From positions 1 through 33,307 of the forward strand of contig JBFFSH010000024.1 in the NCBI GenBank assembly GCA_041572575.1: DNA of 33,307 nucleotides, in the 5' to 3' direction. The notes under the pieces were generated by a model. That model was not told the origin of the DNA. It worked only from the letters and a program-made list of their open reading frames with translations, and searched no databases. Each line of letters begins with the position of its first letter. The stretch's first letter is position 1. This document shows positions 6,903 through 16,713 of the stretch, one piece after another. The translations under genes and the position numbers were made by a program. Origin of the DNA: Thermodesulfobacteriota bacterium. GTDB taxonomy: Bacteria > Desulfobacterota_D > UBA1144 > Nemesobacterales > N074bin48.

Positions 6903-9263
6903 TTATAAATAATCTTGTAGTCTTTGTTCACATAGGTTGAGAATTTGTTCAGTATAAATACATCTGTCTACAAAAAGGGTGCTTATATAAATATGTCTTA
7001 GAAGAGTAAGAGTCTTATAGGCTTGTATTGAGTCTGGACAGATAAGATCTGAAATGCTTAAGTATTGCTTTTCTATTTCATTTTCTATATCTAGATACCC
7101 GTCCGCATTCCCATTGGTTCTTATACTTAGCTCTGTTAAATGAGCAAGGAAATTACCTATATCAACAGCGGGGTCCCCTTTGCAGTACAGATCGAAGTCT
7201 AATAAATATATTCTGTTGCCGTTTATAATAAGCTGGTCATGATAAAAATCTCTATGAATACTGCATAGTACCGGATCAGCTATGGATGATGCCAGATTCT
7301 TAGCTGCTAAAAGAGTATTGTTTATCCGGCCTGAAAGTGTAGGTTTGCTAACCGACACCTTACTCAGTCTGTCTTCTAGAATTTCTATCTCGTTATCTAT
7401 TGTATGAGTTTTTCCGCTATCAATATTGCATTTGTGAATTTTATGTGCGGACCTGGCAATTAACTTTGTATATTCAAGCCCATTTGTGCTTAATAGCAGG
7501 TTTCTGTAATTATCTCCATCTACCTTTCTTTGAAACCACATATTCAAGTTTTTGTTATAGAATACGGGTTTAGGTATAGAAATAAAATCATCAGACTTTT
7601 CATCGAAGCCAGAATTGTATAATGCATCATTTAACTTATAATTACTTTTAACTGACCCTCTTGCCTTAGTCTTTCCAATTAAGCATAGATTCCTGTTGTT
7701 GCGAAATTTATATTCCAACAAGCATCTTCTTTCTTTTTTATATCTTATAACCTCTATACTTGATATTTTTGGTTTTGGTTGACTGTTGGAGAGCATATGT
7801 GTATCAAACAATGACTGCATATACTCAGGATCAAGAGCGTATTTCATGTAAGGCATTCTGCTATCGCTTGCTGCTGAATGGCTGTCATCTATCTCTATAT
7901 AATTATCTTCTGAACTAACATAAAATGTATTTTTATTCTTAAGCTTATCGGTTGTCTGTTTTATATATTCCAGAAGATCGTAAATACTATTATCCCAGTC
8001 TCCATATCTGTATTTAAACGGATCGGTAAGAAGTCTTATCAGGCATGCAACTGTAAAAATATTTATATCATCGGCATCTATTCTGATTTTAGATGTTTTA
8101 AAAAAACCGTTTTCTATAGATTCTCTTATCTCTGTAACCAAACTCGAATTTAGGCTTATTTTATATGACTGATTAATATAATGTGCAATAAAATTTCCAA
8201 TATCAAAAGCCGGGTGGCCAAGGCATGACTGATCAAAATCCAATAAGCACAATGAACTATCTCCAGTACTTTCCCTGCTGCCCACAATTACCTGATCTGC
8301 ATTAAAATCACCATGAATAGGTATGTAAATATCCGGGATATTTAAAAGCAGCTCTGATACTCTGTTAACTATCCTGTTTATTTTTACTGATATGTTAGGA
8401 AGAAGATACGATACATCCTGTGAAATTGAGAGCAGTTTGTAAATAAAATATTTCCTGTCAAATTTTAACTGCTTTGTTATTTTCTGATTGTTAAGCTCTC
8501 CAAGTGCTGTACCCACATTTTCAACAATATTTGCCTGAGGGTTATTATTTAATATAAGACTATTTAAATTTTTGCCGTCAACCCACTCATAAACCAGGCA
8601 ATTCAGTTTGCTAATTCTTTTTTGCAGGTTTGGGACAAAGAATGCAGAATTATTTTTATATAATCTGGAGTTAATAGCGGCATGTTCATAATAAGAATCT
8701 CCATAAAGCTTTATAACAGAAGCTTCCTTGCTATTCTTGGAAAGTTTAGCAACAAATCGTTTCTCAGGTTTATAGTTTATTGGAACTATTTCTGAATCAA
8801 TCAGGTCTTGATTTTGAGGCAGCTTGTAACTGAATAATTTATTTCTATACTCTGTATCATAGAGCTTTACAATATTTTTAAGCCTCCGGTCTACAGGAAG
8901 AAAATAGGTTATTATGCCGTTATCGAAGTTGTTAAATTCACGAGTTAATTCAACACCCTGTGACCGTTTGTGTTTGGAATCGGAAATTCTATTTTCAAGC
9001 CTTTTTCGTTCATTATCAATTTTTTGTAAACCATAGACTGTGGAATAGGCAAGTAAACTTCCAGAGTCGGAGATAAGATTATGAAGAACGATGCATTTGT
9101 TTGAAGGTTTATAGTTTAAGTAAGTGTTTTTTACCTTTTTAATTTTCAGATAAGGTAAATGCGTATTTATTCTGTTCTGAATGTATTCAGTGTCAAGTAA
9201 CAATCTTAAACCTGGAAGAGAGTTGTCTCTTAAGGTTAATTCTTTATCTATTTGGGACAGCAT
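6903..9263 (-). CDS. Protein with two tandem aminoglycoside-phosphotransferase-like (APH/choline kinase fold) domains
   Basis: Two motif sets, IHGDFNADQV/LLDFD/GHPAFDIGNF and IHRDFYHDQL/LLDFD/GDPAVDIGNF, with repeated YKP..R/C lead-ins. Confidence 0.85.
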   Translation of the reverse strand: MLSQIDKELTLRDNSLPGLRLLLDTEYIQNRINTHLPYLKIKKVKNTYLNYKPSNKCIVLHNLISDSGSLLAYSTVYGLQKIDNERKRLENRISDSKHKRSQGVELTREFNNFDNGIITYFLPVDRRLKNIVKLYDTEYRNKLFSYKLPQNQDLIDSEIVPINYKPEKRFVAKLSKNSKEASVIKLYGDSYYEHAAINSRLYKNNSAFFVPNLQKRISKLNCLVYEWVDGKNLNSLILNNNPQANIVENVGTALGELNNQKITKQLKFDRKYFIYKLLSISQDVSYLLPNISVKINRIVNRVSELLLNIPDIYIPIHGDFNADQVIVGSRESTGDSSLCLLDFDQSCLGHPAFDIGNFIAHYINQSYKISLNSSLVTEIRESIENGFFKTSKIRIDADDINIFTVACLIRLLTDPFKYRYGDWDNSIYDLLEYIKQTTDKLKNKNTFYVSSEDNYIEIDDSHSAASDSRMPYMKYALDPEYMQSLFDTHMLSNSQPKPKISSIEVIRYKKERRCLLEYKFRNNRNLCLIGKTKARGSVKSNYKLNDALYNSGFDEKSDDFISIPKPVFYNKNLNMWFQRKVDGDNYRNLLLSTNGLEYTKLIARSAHKIHKCNIDSGKTHTIDNEIEILEDRLSKVSVSKPTLSGRINNTLLAAKNLASSIADPVLCSIHRDFYHDQLIINGNRIYLLDFDLYCKGDPAVDIGNFLAHLTELSIRTNGNADGYLDIENEIEKQYLSISDLICPDSIQAYKTLTLLRHIYISTLFVDRCIYTEQILNLCEQRLQDYL

Positions 9264-11094
9264 ATATCTTGTTTTTTAAATCATTTTCTGCTGGATTTTG
9301 CAGGTAGTATTGCTTTTTATAATCATTACATGAAACAACCATACTGTTATGATTTCCACAATCTAATATTTCTCCGTCTTTTATATAAAAAATCTGATCA
9401 GCTTTTAATGCCTGCTTTAATTTATGTGTTACCAAAATTGTAGTTCTGTTTTTTCTCAGGTGTTCTATGGCCTGTATTACTTTTGCTTCATTGTTTTCAT
9501 CAAGTGATGCTGTGGGCTCATCTAGGATTAGTATAGGAGTATCTCTGAGTATTGCTCTTGCAATTGCAATTCTTTGTCTCTGCCCATTTGAAAGCGTTGT
9601 ACCCCTCTCGCCAACAATTGTGTCATAACCATTTGGCATAGTGCTAATAAATTCATGAGCGTTAGCAAGTGTAGCTGCGTTAACTATCTGTTCATGGCAT
9701 ACATATTTTAAGCCGCCAGAAATATTATCCTTAATACTTTCAGCAAATAATATATTGTCCTGTAGAAGAACAGTTATCTGTGAGCGTAACGAATCAATCT
9801 TGTATTTCCTAATATCTTCACCATCAACACATACAGTTCCCTGATTTGGATCATACAGCCTCATAAGCAGACTAAGTATCGTAGATTTGCCGTTTCCAGA
9901 CGGTCCTACAAGAGCTATAAACTGTCCGGGGTTGATTTTAAATGATATGTTTTTTATCGTATCAACCTTATCTGAATAAGAGAAACTAACTTTATCAAAC
10001 TTTATATTCCCCTTAAAATCCGGAGCTTCTATGGAATCGGGGGTATCCACAATATCAGGACTAACTTCCAGAACATCTAGTACTCTTTCGCCTGATGCTA
10101 CCGCTCTTGATAGCCTGCCTGTATATTTCACTGTATCCCTTATGGGTTTGAATGCGGCTTTTAGATAAGTTACAAAGACCAATATGTCCCCCGGGGTAAT
10201 TTCATGCAGAAATACCAGTCTTACTCCATACCAAAGCACAATAGCGGTGCTTGCAGCAACTATGATATCCACAGACCTTCCAAGATTAGCTTCAATCTTT
10301 TTTGCCTTAACACTGTCTTTAAATCCTTTTTGGCTTTGTGTAGAAAATATGTTTAAAAACTTATTGTGCAAAAAGAGGGCCTGTACGGTTTTAATGGCGT
10401 TAATAGACTCTGCAGCAGTGGCAGCCATTGCTCCCTCTCTTCTTCTTTGATCGCGTGATACATTGTGCAGGCGCCTGCTAAGAGTTTTTGTTCTTAACCA
10501 AAAAAAAGGGAGCAGCATTATAGAAACAAGAGTGAGCTTCCAGTGCATAAACAGCATAACCGACAGGATTCCGGTTATAATCAGGATATTTCCAATAAAA
10601 GGCAGTACGGCGGTGACTGTTACATCTCTTAGTATTCCAACGTCGCTTATTAGTCTTAAAGTCAGGTCTCCGCTTTTGCTTTTGTCATGAAATCTAAGTG
10701 AGAGCTTTTGGAGGTGATCAAAAAGTCTCTCTCTTATTTTTACCATTACCCTGTTGCCAACTACCGCAAAACCAATAGTGCTGTAGTAATTGGCAATAGA
10801 CCTAAGGGCTGTAAATATTATAAGCGAAACACAAAGTATGATAAGAACTGAGTTGTTATCAAAGTTTTTGAAATAACCGGTTATAGTATTTTCTTTACTT
10901 AAATCATTTAGTAGCAGATAATCGAATATATATTTTATGGGCCAGGGTTCGAGAAGCCTGAAACCCACCTGAGCAAACAGTGCCAGAGTGGATAATGCAA
11001 TTATAGTTTTCTGCTTTCCTATATATGCAGAAAAATATTTAAATATGTGTATTAAGCTTGGAATAAGCTCTCTTATATTTTTCTTACTAGACAT
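9244..11094 (-). CDS. ABC exporter, fused permease and ATPase (MsbA/PglK-like architecture)
   Basis: N-terminal TM helices, Walker A GPSGNGKST, signature variant LSNGQRQR, Walker B ILILDEPT, and H-loop VTH. Confidence 0.95.
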   Translation of the reverse strand: MSSKKNIRELIPSLIHIFKYFSAYIGKQKTIIALSTLALFAQVGFRLLEPWPIKYIFDYLLLNDLSKENTITGYFKNFDNNSVLIILCVSLIIFTALRSIANYYSTIGFAVVGNRVMVKIRERLFDHLQKLSLRFHDKSKSGDLTLRLISDVGILRDVTVTAVLPFIGNILIITGILSVMLFMHWKLTLVSIMLLPFFWLRTKTLSRRLHNVSRDQRRREGAMAATAAESINAIKTVQALFLHNKFLNIFSTQSQKGFKDSVKAKKIEANLGRSVDIIVAASTAIVLWYGVRLVFLHEITPGDILVFVTYLKAAFKPIRDTVKYTGRLSRAVASGERVLDVLEVSPDIVDTPDSIEAPDFKGNIKFDKVSFSYSDKVDTIKNISFKINPGQFIALVGPSGNGKSTILSLLMRLYDPNQGTVCVDGEDIRKYKIDSLRSQITVLLQDNILFAESIKDNISGGLKYVCHEQIVNAATLANAHEFISTMPNGYDTIVGERGTTLSNGQRQRIAIARAILRDTPILILDEPTASLDENNEAKVIQAIEHLRKNRTTILVTHKLKQALKADQIFYIKDGEILDCGNHNSMVVSCNDYKKQYYLQNPAENDLKNKIYAVPNR

Positions 11095-11112
11095 TTATTG
11101 CTTATTAGCCTG

Positions 11113-12270
11113 CTAATTTAATTTTTTTACTATATCAATAATTCTTTTAGCAATAGCATCCCAGGAGTTGTTCTTAACACTTTCTTTTCCCTCTTTGCCA
11201 ATTTTTTGACTAATATCCTTATTATCTTTTAAAAACTGAAGGTTATCGCAAAGAGACCCAACATTACCGGGGGCAAACAGCTTTCCGTTCTCAAAGTCTT
11301 TAACTATTGACTGAATCTGCTTTACATCGCTTGCAAGTACCGGTACTCCTGCTGCCATATATTCATAAATTTTAAGTGGTGAAAAATAAAAATTCTGGTC
11401 ATCAAGATAGGGAGCCACGGCAATATCAAGTGAAGCAAGGTAGCCTGGAATTTGAGAATGCTCTACTGAGCCTGTTAAAATTACAGAGTCTGAAATACCT
11501 TTACTGTTAATTTGGTTTTCTAAGTTTGCCCTTTCCTTGCTGTCACCTACTATAAGCAGGATGCTTTGAGGATTTCTTTTTAAAAATAGCTCAAATGCAT
11601 CTATAAGCATTGAAACCCCATGCCATTTTTTTAGTGAGCCAACAAAACCAATTACAAATTTGCCCTTAATATTTCCTAGTTCGGGTTGTTTAGCATTATT
11701 AAACTTTTTGGTATTAACTCCGTTTGGGAATACATACACCTCTTTGTCGTTGTTCAGAAATCGTTGTACATATTTTCTAATAGGATCAGAAACAACTGTT
11801 AATACCGGGCTATTATTGAAGTTCTTTTTTGCAATACCAAGTGCGGTGTCTTCGTTTATGAGTTTTCTATACTTTTTTTCCTCTTCAATTAAAGGAGCAT
11901 TAATTTCCAGCACGCTTGGTATTTTATTTTGCTTTGCATATTCAATTGCCGAATAACTCCAAAGTGAATATCGTTCATAAATTAAATCATATTTTTTGGA
12001 GTCTCTCAGATAACGAAGCAGGTCACTGTTCATATCAATACAAAGATTTTCCCTGGTTTCTAAATCACCTTTTGGTGCATCTGGAAGTTTTATGATCTTT
12101 ACTTCTTCAAGCCCGCTTGGTGTATTACCATCTACTCTTGGAGTATACAAGTCCACTCTAGCTCCATTATTTATCATTGACCTGATAATTTCCTGAACAT
12201 GTATGGAGCTTCCCTTTGTGCCATATGAAGGTATTCCGGGGTCTGCATTTATATAAGCTATATTCATCAT
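11113..12270 (-). CDS. Glycosyltransferase family 4
   Basis: PNGVN, GFVGSLKKWHG and FSPLKIYEYMAAGVPVLAS. Confidence 0.93.
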   Translation of the reverse strand: MMNIAYINADPGIPSYGTKGSSIHVQEIIRSMINNGARVDLYTPRVDGNTPSGLEEVKIIKLPDAPKGDLETRENLCIDMNSDLLRYLRDSKKYDLIYERYSLWSYSAIEYAKQNKIPSVLEINAPLIEEEKKYRKLINEDTALGIAKKNFNNSPVLTVVSDPIRKYVQRFLNNDKEVYVFPNGVNTKKFNNAKQPELGNIKGKFVIGFVGSLKKWHGVSMLIDAFELFLKRNPQSILLIVGDSKERANLENQINSKGISDSVILTGSVEHSQIPGYLASLDIAVAPYLDDQNFYFSPLKIYEYMAAGVPVLASDVKQIQSIVKDFENGKLFAPGNVGSLCDNLQFLKDNKDISQKIGKEGKESVKNNSWDAIAKRIIDIVKKLN

Positions 12271-12271
12271 T

Positions 12272-13525
12272 TTATACCGCTATTTTATTGTCCTTCTTGT
12301 TAATCGCCTGTTCGAACAGTTTTGCTAATTTAGGTGCATTCTTTTCTATATCAAACAAACTCTCTACTCTTTTTCTGCCACTCTCAGAAAACTCCAATTG
12401 TAACTCTGGGTTTTCTAATAATATTTGTATAGATTCTGCAAGCTTCTCTGGATCTTTTTGCTCAACTAATATCCCGGATATATTGTTTTCTATTATTTCT
12501 GGTATTGCGCTTACTTTGGTTGAAATTACCGGTACTTTCATTGCCATGGCTTCAATTAGAACCGTAGGTAATACATCTCTGTCCCCTGAGTCATCTATAA
12601 TAGAAGGCAGTACAAATACATTTGAACTGTAAAGAAGTTCAATTATCTGTTCCTGATTATTTGATCCCAATAGCTCTACGTGGTTACTTAAATCATATAA
12701 ATCAATTAATGATTCGAGATTACTACGTTGGCTGCCATCTCCCACAATTAGGCACTTAAAATCAATTAATTTATTCTTAAGTATACGGGCTGATTCAATA
12801 AGGAATTCAAATCCCTTCTTCATTTCTAACCTGCCTACCGCAAGGACAATATCTTTGTTATTGGCGTTTGTTTTATTGCTGTCTTTACTAAATCTGTGAA
12901 GATCTATTCCGTTATATAATCTGATAATTTTATGATCATCAGTTTTAAATTTATTTCCCAAAAACGCTTTGTTATATTCAGATACTGTTATCACGAATTC
13001 CGATTTATTAATTTTAAGACCAAGATCACCGTAATTAACATCATTTTTATATATATCTTTTGCATGAGTTGTAAAAGAAAAACTGATATTTGCCAGTAGT
13101 GAAGCCTGCATTGCAACATTTGATGCTGTTCCAAAATGAGAATGTAAATGAGTTATATTATTTGCAGTACAAATTGAGGCTATAGCTGAGGCTCTGATAT
13201 GGTTTTTGTTATCTTCATTATCTGGATCATCTATTATACTTTCTATACTTTGTTCCTTAATGGTATCGCTGGCAGGATCCAAAATTTTTATTTTGCTGTT
13301 TTTAAGGACCCTTTTATTTGGCAAGTAAATAACCTTCGCTTTTAATTGTTTTAAATATTTATGAGATATCACGGAATCTTCAGTGTCAAAAGGGTTTTTT
13401 ATGGAAAAGATGATTATATTTATACCAAGTTTTTCTAGTTGTAATAACTCATTTAGGATAAATGTTTCAGAAAGCCTAGGAAACTTTTTTAAAACATAAC
13501 CAATAGTAAGATTACTGTATTGCAT
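12272..13525 (-). CDS. Glycosyltransferase family 4 (WcaL-like)
   Basis: FPRLSETFILNE, HLHSHF, TTHAKD, VGRLEMKKG and DVLPTVLIEAMA. Confidence 0.93.
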   Translation of the reverse strand: MQYSNLTIGYVLKKFPRLSETFILNELLQLEKLGINIIIFSIKNPFDTEDSVISHKYLKQLKAKVIYLPNKRVLKNSKIKILDPASDTIKEQSIESIIDDPDNEDNKNHIRASAIASICTANNITHLHSHFGTASNVAMQASLLANISFSFTTHAKDIYKNDVNYGDLGLKINKSEFVITVSEYNKAFLGNKFKTDDHKIIRLYNGIDLHRFSKDSNKTNANNKDIVLAVGRLEMKKGFEFLIESARILKNKLIDFKCLIVGDGSQRSNLESLIDLYDLSNHVELLGSNNQEQIIELLYSSNVFVLPSIIDDSGDRDVLPTVLIEAMAMKVPVISTKVSAIPEIIENNISGILVEQKDPEKLAESIQILLENPELQLEFSESGRKRVESLFDIEKNAPKLAKLFEQAINKKDNKIAV

Positions 13526-14816
13526 TGCTTAAACCTCTTTGTAGTTTTTTATGCTCCAAAGCAATTACGGGTGAGGGTGAAGCGAGATTGTCATTTAAGC
13601 TAAGTAGCAGGTCCGATAACCGGCCTATAGTATTGTTAATATTAAATCTGTCTTCTATTTTCTTTCTTGCTGCAAATGAAAGCCTTAGTCTTAAGGCTTT
13701 ATCATTAAATAATTTCTCAATTGATTTTGATAGCAGATCTGGATTCTCCGGCGGTGCCAATAAACCAGATTTATTATCATCTATTATTTCTTCCATAGCT
13801 GGTATGGAGGTAGTTATAACGGGGATACCCACAGCCATTGCTTCTTTGATAACATTTGGAATAACATCCCTGTCACCGTTTTCTAAAACCCTGCATGGAA
13901 GCACAAACATTGTTGCACTCTTATACAGCTCAATCAAGTCATCGTGGCCAAGTGCACCAACAAGCTTTACATGTTTTTTTAGGTTTAGTTCGGAAATAAG
14001 TTGTTTAAGATATTTATATTTAGAACCCTCGCCAACAATGCAGCATTCAAAGCTAATACCTTTATCTATAAGTTTTTTGCAAGATTTAATCAAAAGATCA
14101 AACCCTTTTTTCTCTTCTAACCTGCCGACGCTAAGTATTAGATTTTTAGTTTTAACTGCAGGCGTATAGGTGAATTTATTTAAATCGATTCCATTATAGA
14201 CAGTAAACACTTTGTTTTCATATTCGATTCCCAATGCATTTATTATGTCCGCTTTACTGGTATTACTATTGGCAATAACAAATTCTGCATTTTTTAACCG
14301 ATTAATTGTCGAAACAGAGTTAAGTGTGTTGTCTAAATATATATCTTTTGCATGAGTAGAAATTGAATAGGGCATTCCTGTGATTCGATTAACCAGGGTC
14401 ACAAGTCTTGTAGGAACTGTTGCGAAATGTGCATGTAAGTGAGTGCACTCTCCCATATCCTTGATAATACAGCAGCACTGAAAAAATCTAATGAGCGATT
14501 TGCTGTTTGAATTAAGAAATTTGACCTTAAGTGCACGAATAAAAGTCTTTAATGTTCTGCCGGGGAACTTTAGAAACACATTTAGAAAGGCAATTAATAT
14601 TTGCAACTTTTCTGTACCAAGAAATTCTGGAAGATGTGTAGTCTGAGATCTGACATCTTTTACCTTGTTGTGCTCAATGGTTTCAGATGGATATTTAGAT
14701 GAGAAAATATGAAGATTGAATCCCATTTTTTCTAATTCTACAATTTCATTTAATATGAAAGTTTCAGAAAGCCTTGGGAACATCTTGACCACATATGCTA
14801 TTTTTTTATTATTCAT
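13512..14816 (-). CDS. Glycosyltransferase family 4 (WcaL-like), paralogue of the downstream gene
   Basis: FPRLSETFILNE, HLHAHF, STHAKD, VGRLEEKKG and DVIPNVIKEAMA. Confidence 0.93.
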   Translation of the reverse strand: MNNKKIAYVVKMFPRLSETFILNEIVELEKMGFNLHIFSSKYPSETIEHNKVKDVRSQTTHLPEFLGTEKLQILIAFLNVFLKFPGRTLKTFIRALKVKFLNSNSKSLIRFFQCCCIIKDMGECTHLHAHFATVPTRLVTLVNRITGMPYSISTHAKDIYLDNTLNSVSTINRLKNAEFVIANSNTSKADIINALGIEYENKVFTVYNGIDLNKFTYTPAVKTKNLILSVGRLEEKKGFDLLIKSCKKLIDKGISFECCIVGEGSKYKYLKQLISELNLKKHVKLVGALGHDDLIELYKSATMFVLPCRVLENGDRDVIPNVIKEAMAVGIPVITTSIPAMEEIIDDNKSGLLAPPENPDLLSKSIEKLFNDKALRLRLSFAARKKIEDRFNINNTIGRLSDLLLSLNDNLASPSPVIALEHKKLQRGLSNAIQ

Positions 14817-14827
14817 AGGTCTTATTT

Positions 14828-16021
14828 CTACAGTGCAACCTTATATTTGTGGTTTTCGGAACATTCCCCGTTTATTATATTTATAATTAATTGTGGAATT
14901 CTACTAAGGCCATCGAGGTCTATTCGGCAGTAACTATCTGATTCAGTAATATCTTTACAAAGCCATGATTGTATATTATTTGATGACAGTTCACTTGGTA
15001 ATATAGTATCAATTAAACCAATTTCACTTAATTTTTGACCTCTAATTATCTGTTCTTTTCTTGAATTTATTCTTGGAACAATTAAAGCCTTCTTTTTGTT
15101 TGCCAACAGCTCGCAGACCGTGTTGTATCCTCCCATAGAGATAATACGTTTCGCATCACTAAATAACTTGATTGGATCTGGTATAAACTCGATAAGCTTA
15201 ATTGTTTTGTTGTGTGCTACTTTTACTTTAAGCCGGTCTTTATCATCACCAGACATGTAAGGCCCTGTGAGCAAAACTCCAACATAGCCCCTGGGCATTG
15301 TCGTATCAGCAAATGTATCTGCTAATACTATTCCATCCTGCCCCCCGCCAACTACACAAAGCACTACCTTCTTATTGCCAAAGTCATTATCAATATATTT
15401 CTTTCTTCTTTCTTTATAATCACCCAAATCGGTCTGCCCAAGATAGCCAGTAAATGATAGTTTGTTTCTAATATCATCTGGAAATCCGCAGTCATCTGCC
15501 ATGTTATAAATATTTGGATCACCATAGATCCAAATATGGTCATAGTAGTTTCTTGTGAATTCTATTATTTTCTTTTTGTTCCAATCTTTATTTACATAAT
15601 CCGGATCACCCAGAATGTCTCTTAATCCGAGTACGCAGATCGTGTCGGAATATTTGTTGACATATTTAAGGGTTTTGGTTAATTCGCCGAGCCCGCCTTT
15701 GGCAGCGTAATCGACAATGAAAATGTCTGGTGAGTAGGACTTGATTGTTTCTTTGATAATGCCAGATCTTAAAGTTATAAGCTCATCCAGTGATACTTTT
15801 AGTGATTTAGGCTCATAATCACTATCTGATTCTTTGTAATAAGATGGCAATGTAAGACAATCTACGCCCTTGGGAACATTAAATTTATTAATCTCTTTCG
15901 CACCGGTTATGAGTAAGACTGATGAATTTGGGAAACTTGCTGATATTTTATTAGATATCAAAAGGTTTCGTCTCATATGACCAAGCCCTTTAGTATCATG
16001 AGAGTAAATTGCTATTTTCAG
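14828..16021 (-). CDS. Predicted glycosyltransferase, COG4671 / GT28-C-terminal-like; true start uncertain and upstream of the track start
   Basis: The frame continues upstream of 15976 as LKIAIYSHDTKGLGHMRR (conserved YSHD.xGLGH motif). Also GLRDILG, VGGGQDG, SMGGYNT and VPR...EQ. Confidence 0.85.
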   Translation of the reverse strand: MKIAIYSHDTKGLGHMRRNLLISNKISASFPNSSVLLITGAKEINKFNVPKGVDCLTLPSYYKESDSDYEPKSLKVSLDELITLRSGIIKETIKSYSPDIFIVDYAAKGGLGELTKTLKYVNKYSDTICVLGLRDILGDPDYVNKDWNKKKIIEFTRNYYDHIWIYGDPNIYNMADDCGFPDDIRNKLSFTGYLGQTDLGDYKERRKKYIDNDFGNKKVVLCVVGGGQDGIVLADTFADTTMPRGYVGVLLTGPYMSGDDKDRLKVKVAHNKTIKLIEFIPDPIKLFSDAKRIISMGGYNTVCELLANKKKALIVPRINSRKEQIIRGQKLSEIGLIDTILPSELSSNNIQSWLCKDITESDSYCRIDLDGLSRIPQLIINIINGECSENHKYKVAL

Positions 16022-16231
16022 TTTTGCAGAAAAAAGATCATTCTCTGTGACTTGTTCTTTAGCTCTTAGTGTTGTAATCCCAGAGCTTTTGATCCTTTTA
16101 TGCGAAGAGTATCCATCTTTATTTAGTAAAGAAATTTCATCATCCTCCTGCTAATAATAATTCTGAAAGGTAAACTATAAAGGGTAGGCCATATAAACAG
16201 CCAGGGTTAAGCATAAAGCTACATTACACCC

Positions 16232-16337
16232 CACATTTTCGGCAACCTAGCTACCATAAACATCATGCCAGTATGATGTTCTTAGGCCCACGGCTTTGCG
16301 TCCCAACCCTTTCAAGTGGTTTGCCTTTTCAGTACAT
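16232..16337 (-). ncRNA. Cyclic di-GMP-I (GEMM) riboswitch
   Basis: The minus strand reads AAAAGGCAAACCACTTGAAAGGGTTGGGACGCAAAGCCGTGGGCCTAAG-AACATCAT ACTGGC ATGATGTT-TATGGTAGCTAGGTTGCCGAAA. It shows the P2 GAAA tetraloop, the GACGCAAAG junction and a complete 11-nt tetraloop receptor CCUAAG/UAUGG. Ends are approximate. Confidence 0.95.
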
Positions 16338-16343
16338 AATTCA

Positions 16344-16372
16344 ATTTTAACTCCATGTTAATGCAATGTCAA
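16344..16372 (-). promoter_or_regulatory. Sigma70-type promoter for the riboswitch/glycosyltransferase operon
   Basis: TTGACA (16372-16367), 17 bp spacer, TAAAAT (16349-16344). The predicted start near 16337 coincides with the riboswitch 5' end. Confidence 0.85.
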
Positions 16373-16713
16373 TAATGCTATGGTCTGAGACATACTATTG
16401 TATTAATCATGCATATATGCAAACTGTTTGCTTTTTTAGTATTAGAAAGAAATTGTATTATTTAATAAGTGGATTTTTTAATAAACACAATTAATATAGA
16501 AAAAGCAATCTTATGCAATTATACTAACTATCAAAATCAATACCGACTAATCTCATCTAATTTATCTGATACTCATTTTAATGACGCTGATAACAGTAAT
16601 ATACTCAATTTGTGCAAACAGTCTTTATGAAAGGGGTAAAACTGTATTTTATTAGAATTAAAACATATAGATTGATATAAAAATGAAGTTTTAATATAAT
16701 TAATAAGAATAAA

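Noticed and set aside
13525..14169. 214-aa plus-strand ORF
   Set aside because: Antisense shadow of a well-supported GT4 gene.
16160..16232. Intrinsic terminator as the riboswitch expression platform
   Set aside because: Only weak, imperfect hairpins without a clear U-tract are visible by eye. The ON/OFF logic cannot be called without a folding calculation.
16232..16337. Riboswitch as the c-AMP-GMP-sensing GEMM-Ib variant
   Set aside because: The position equivalent to Vc2 G20 is G (AAGGCAAACC), which indicates c-di-GMP specificity.
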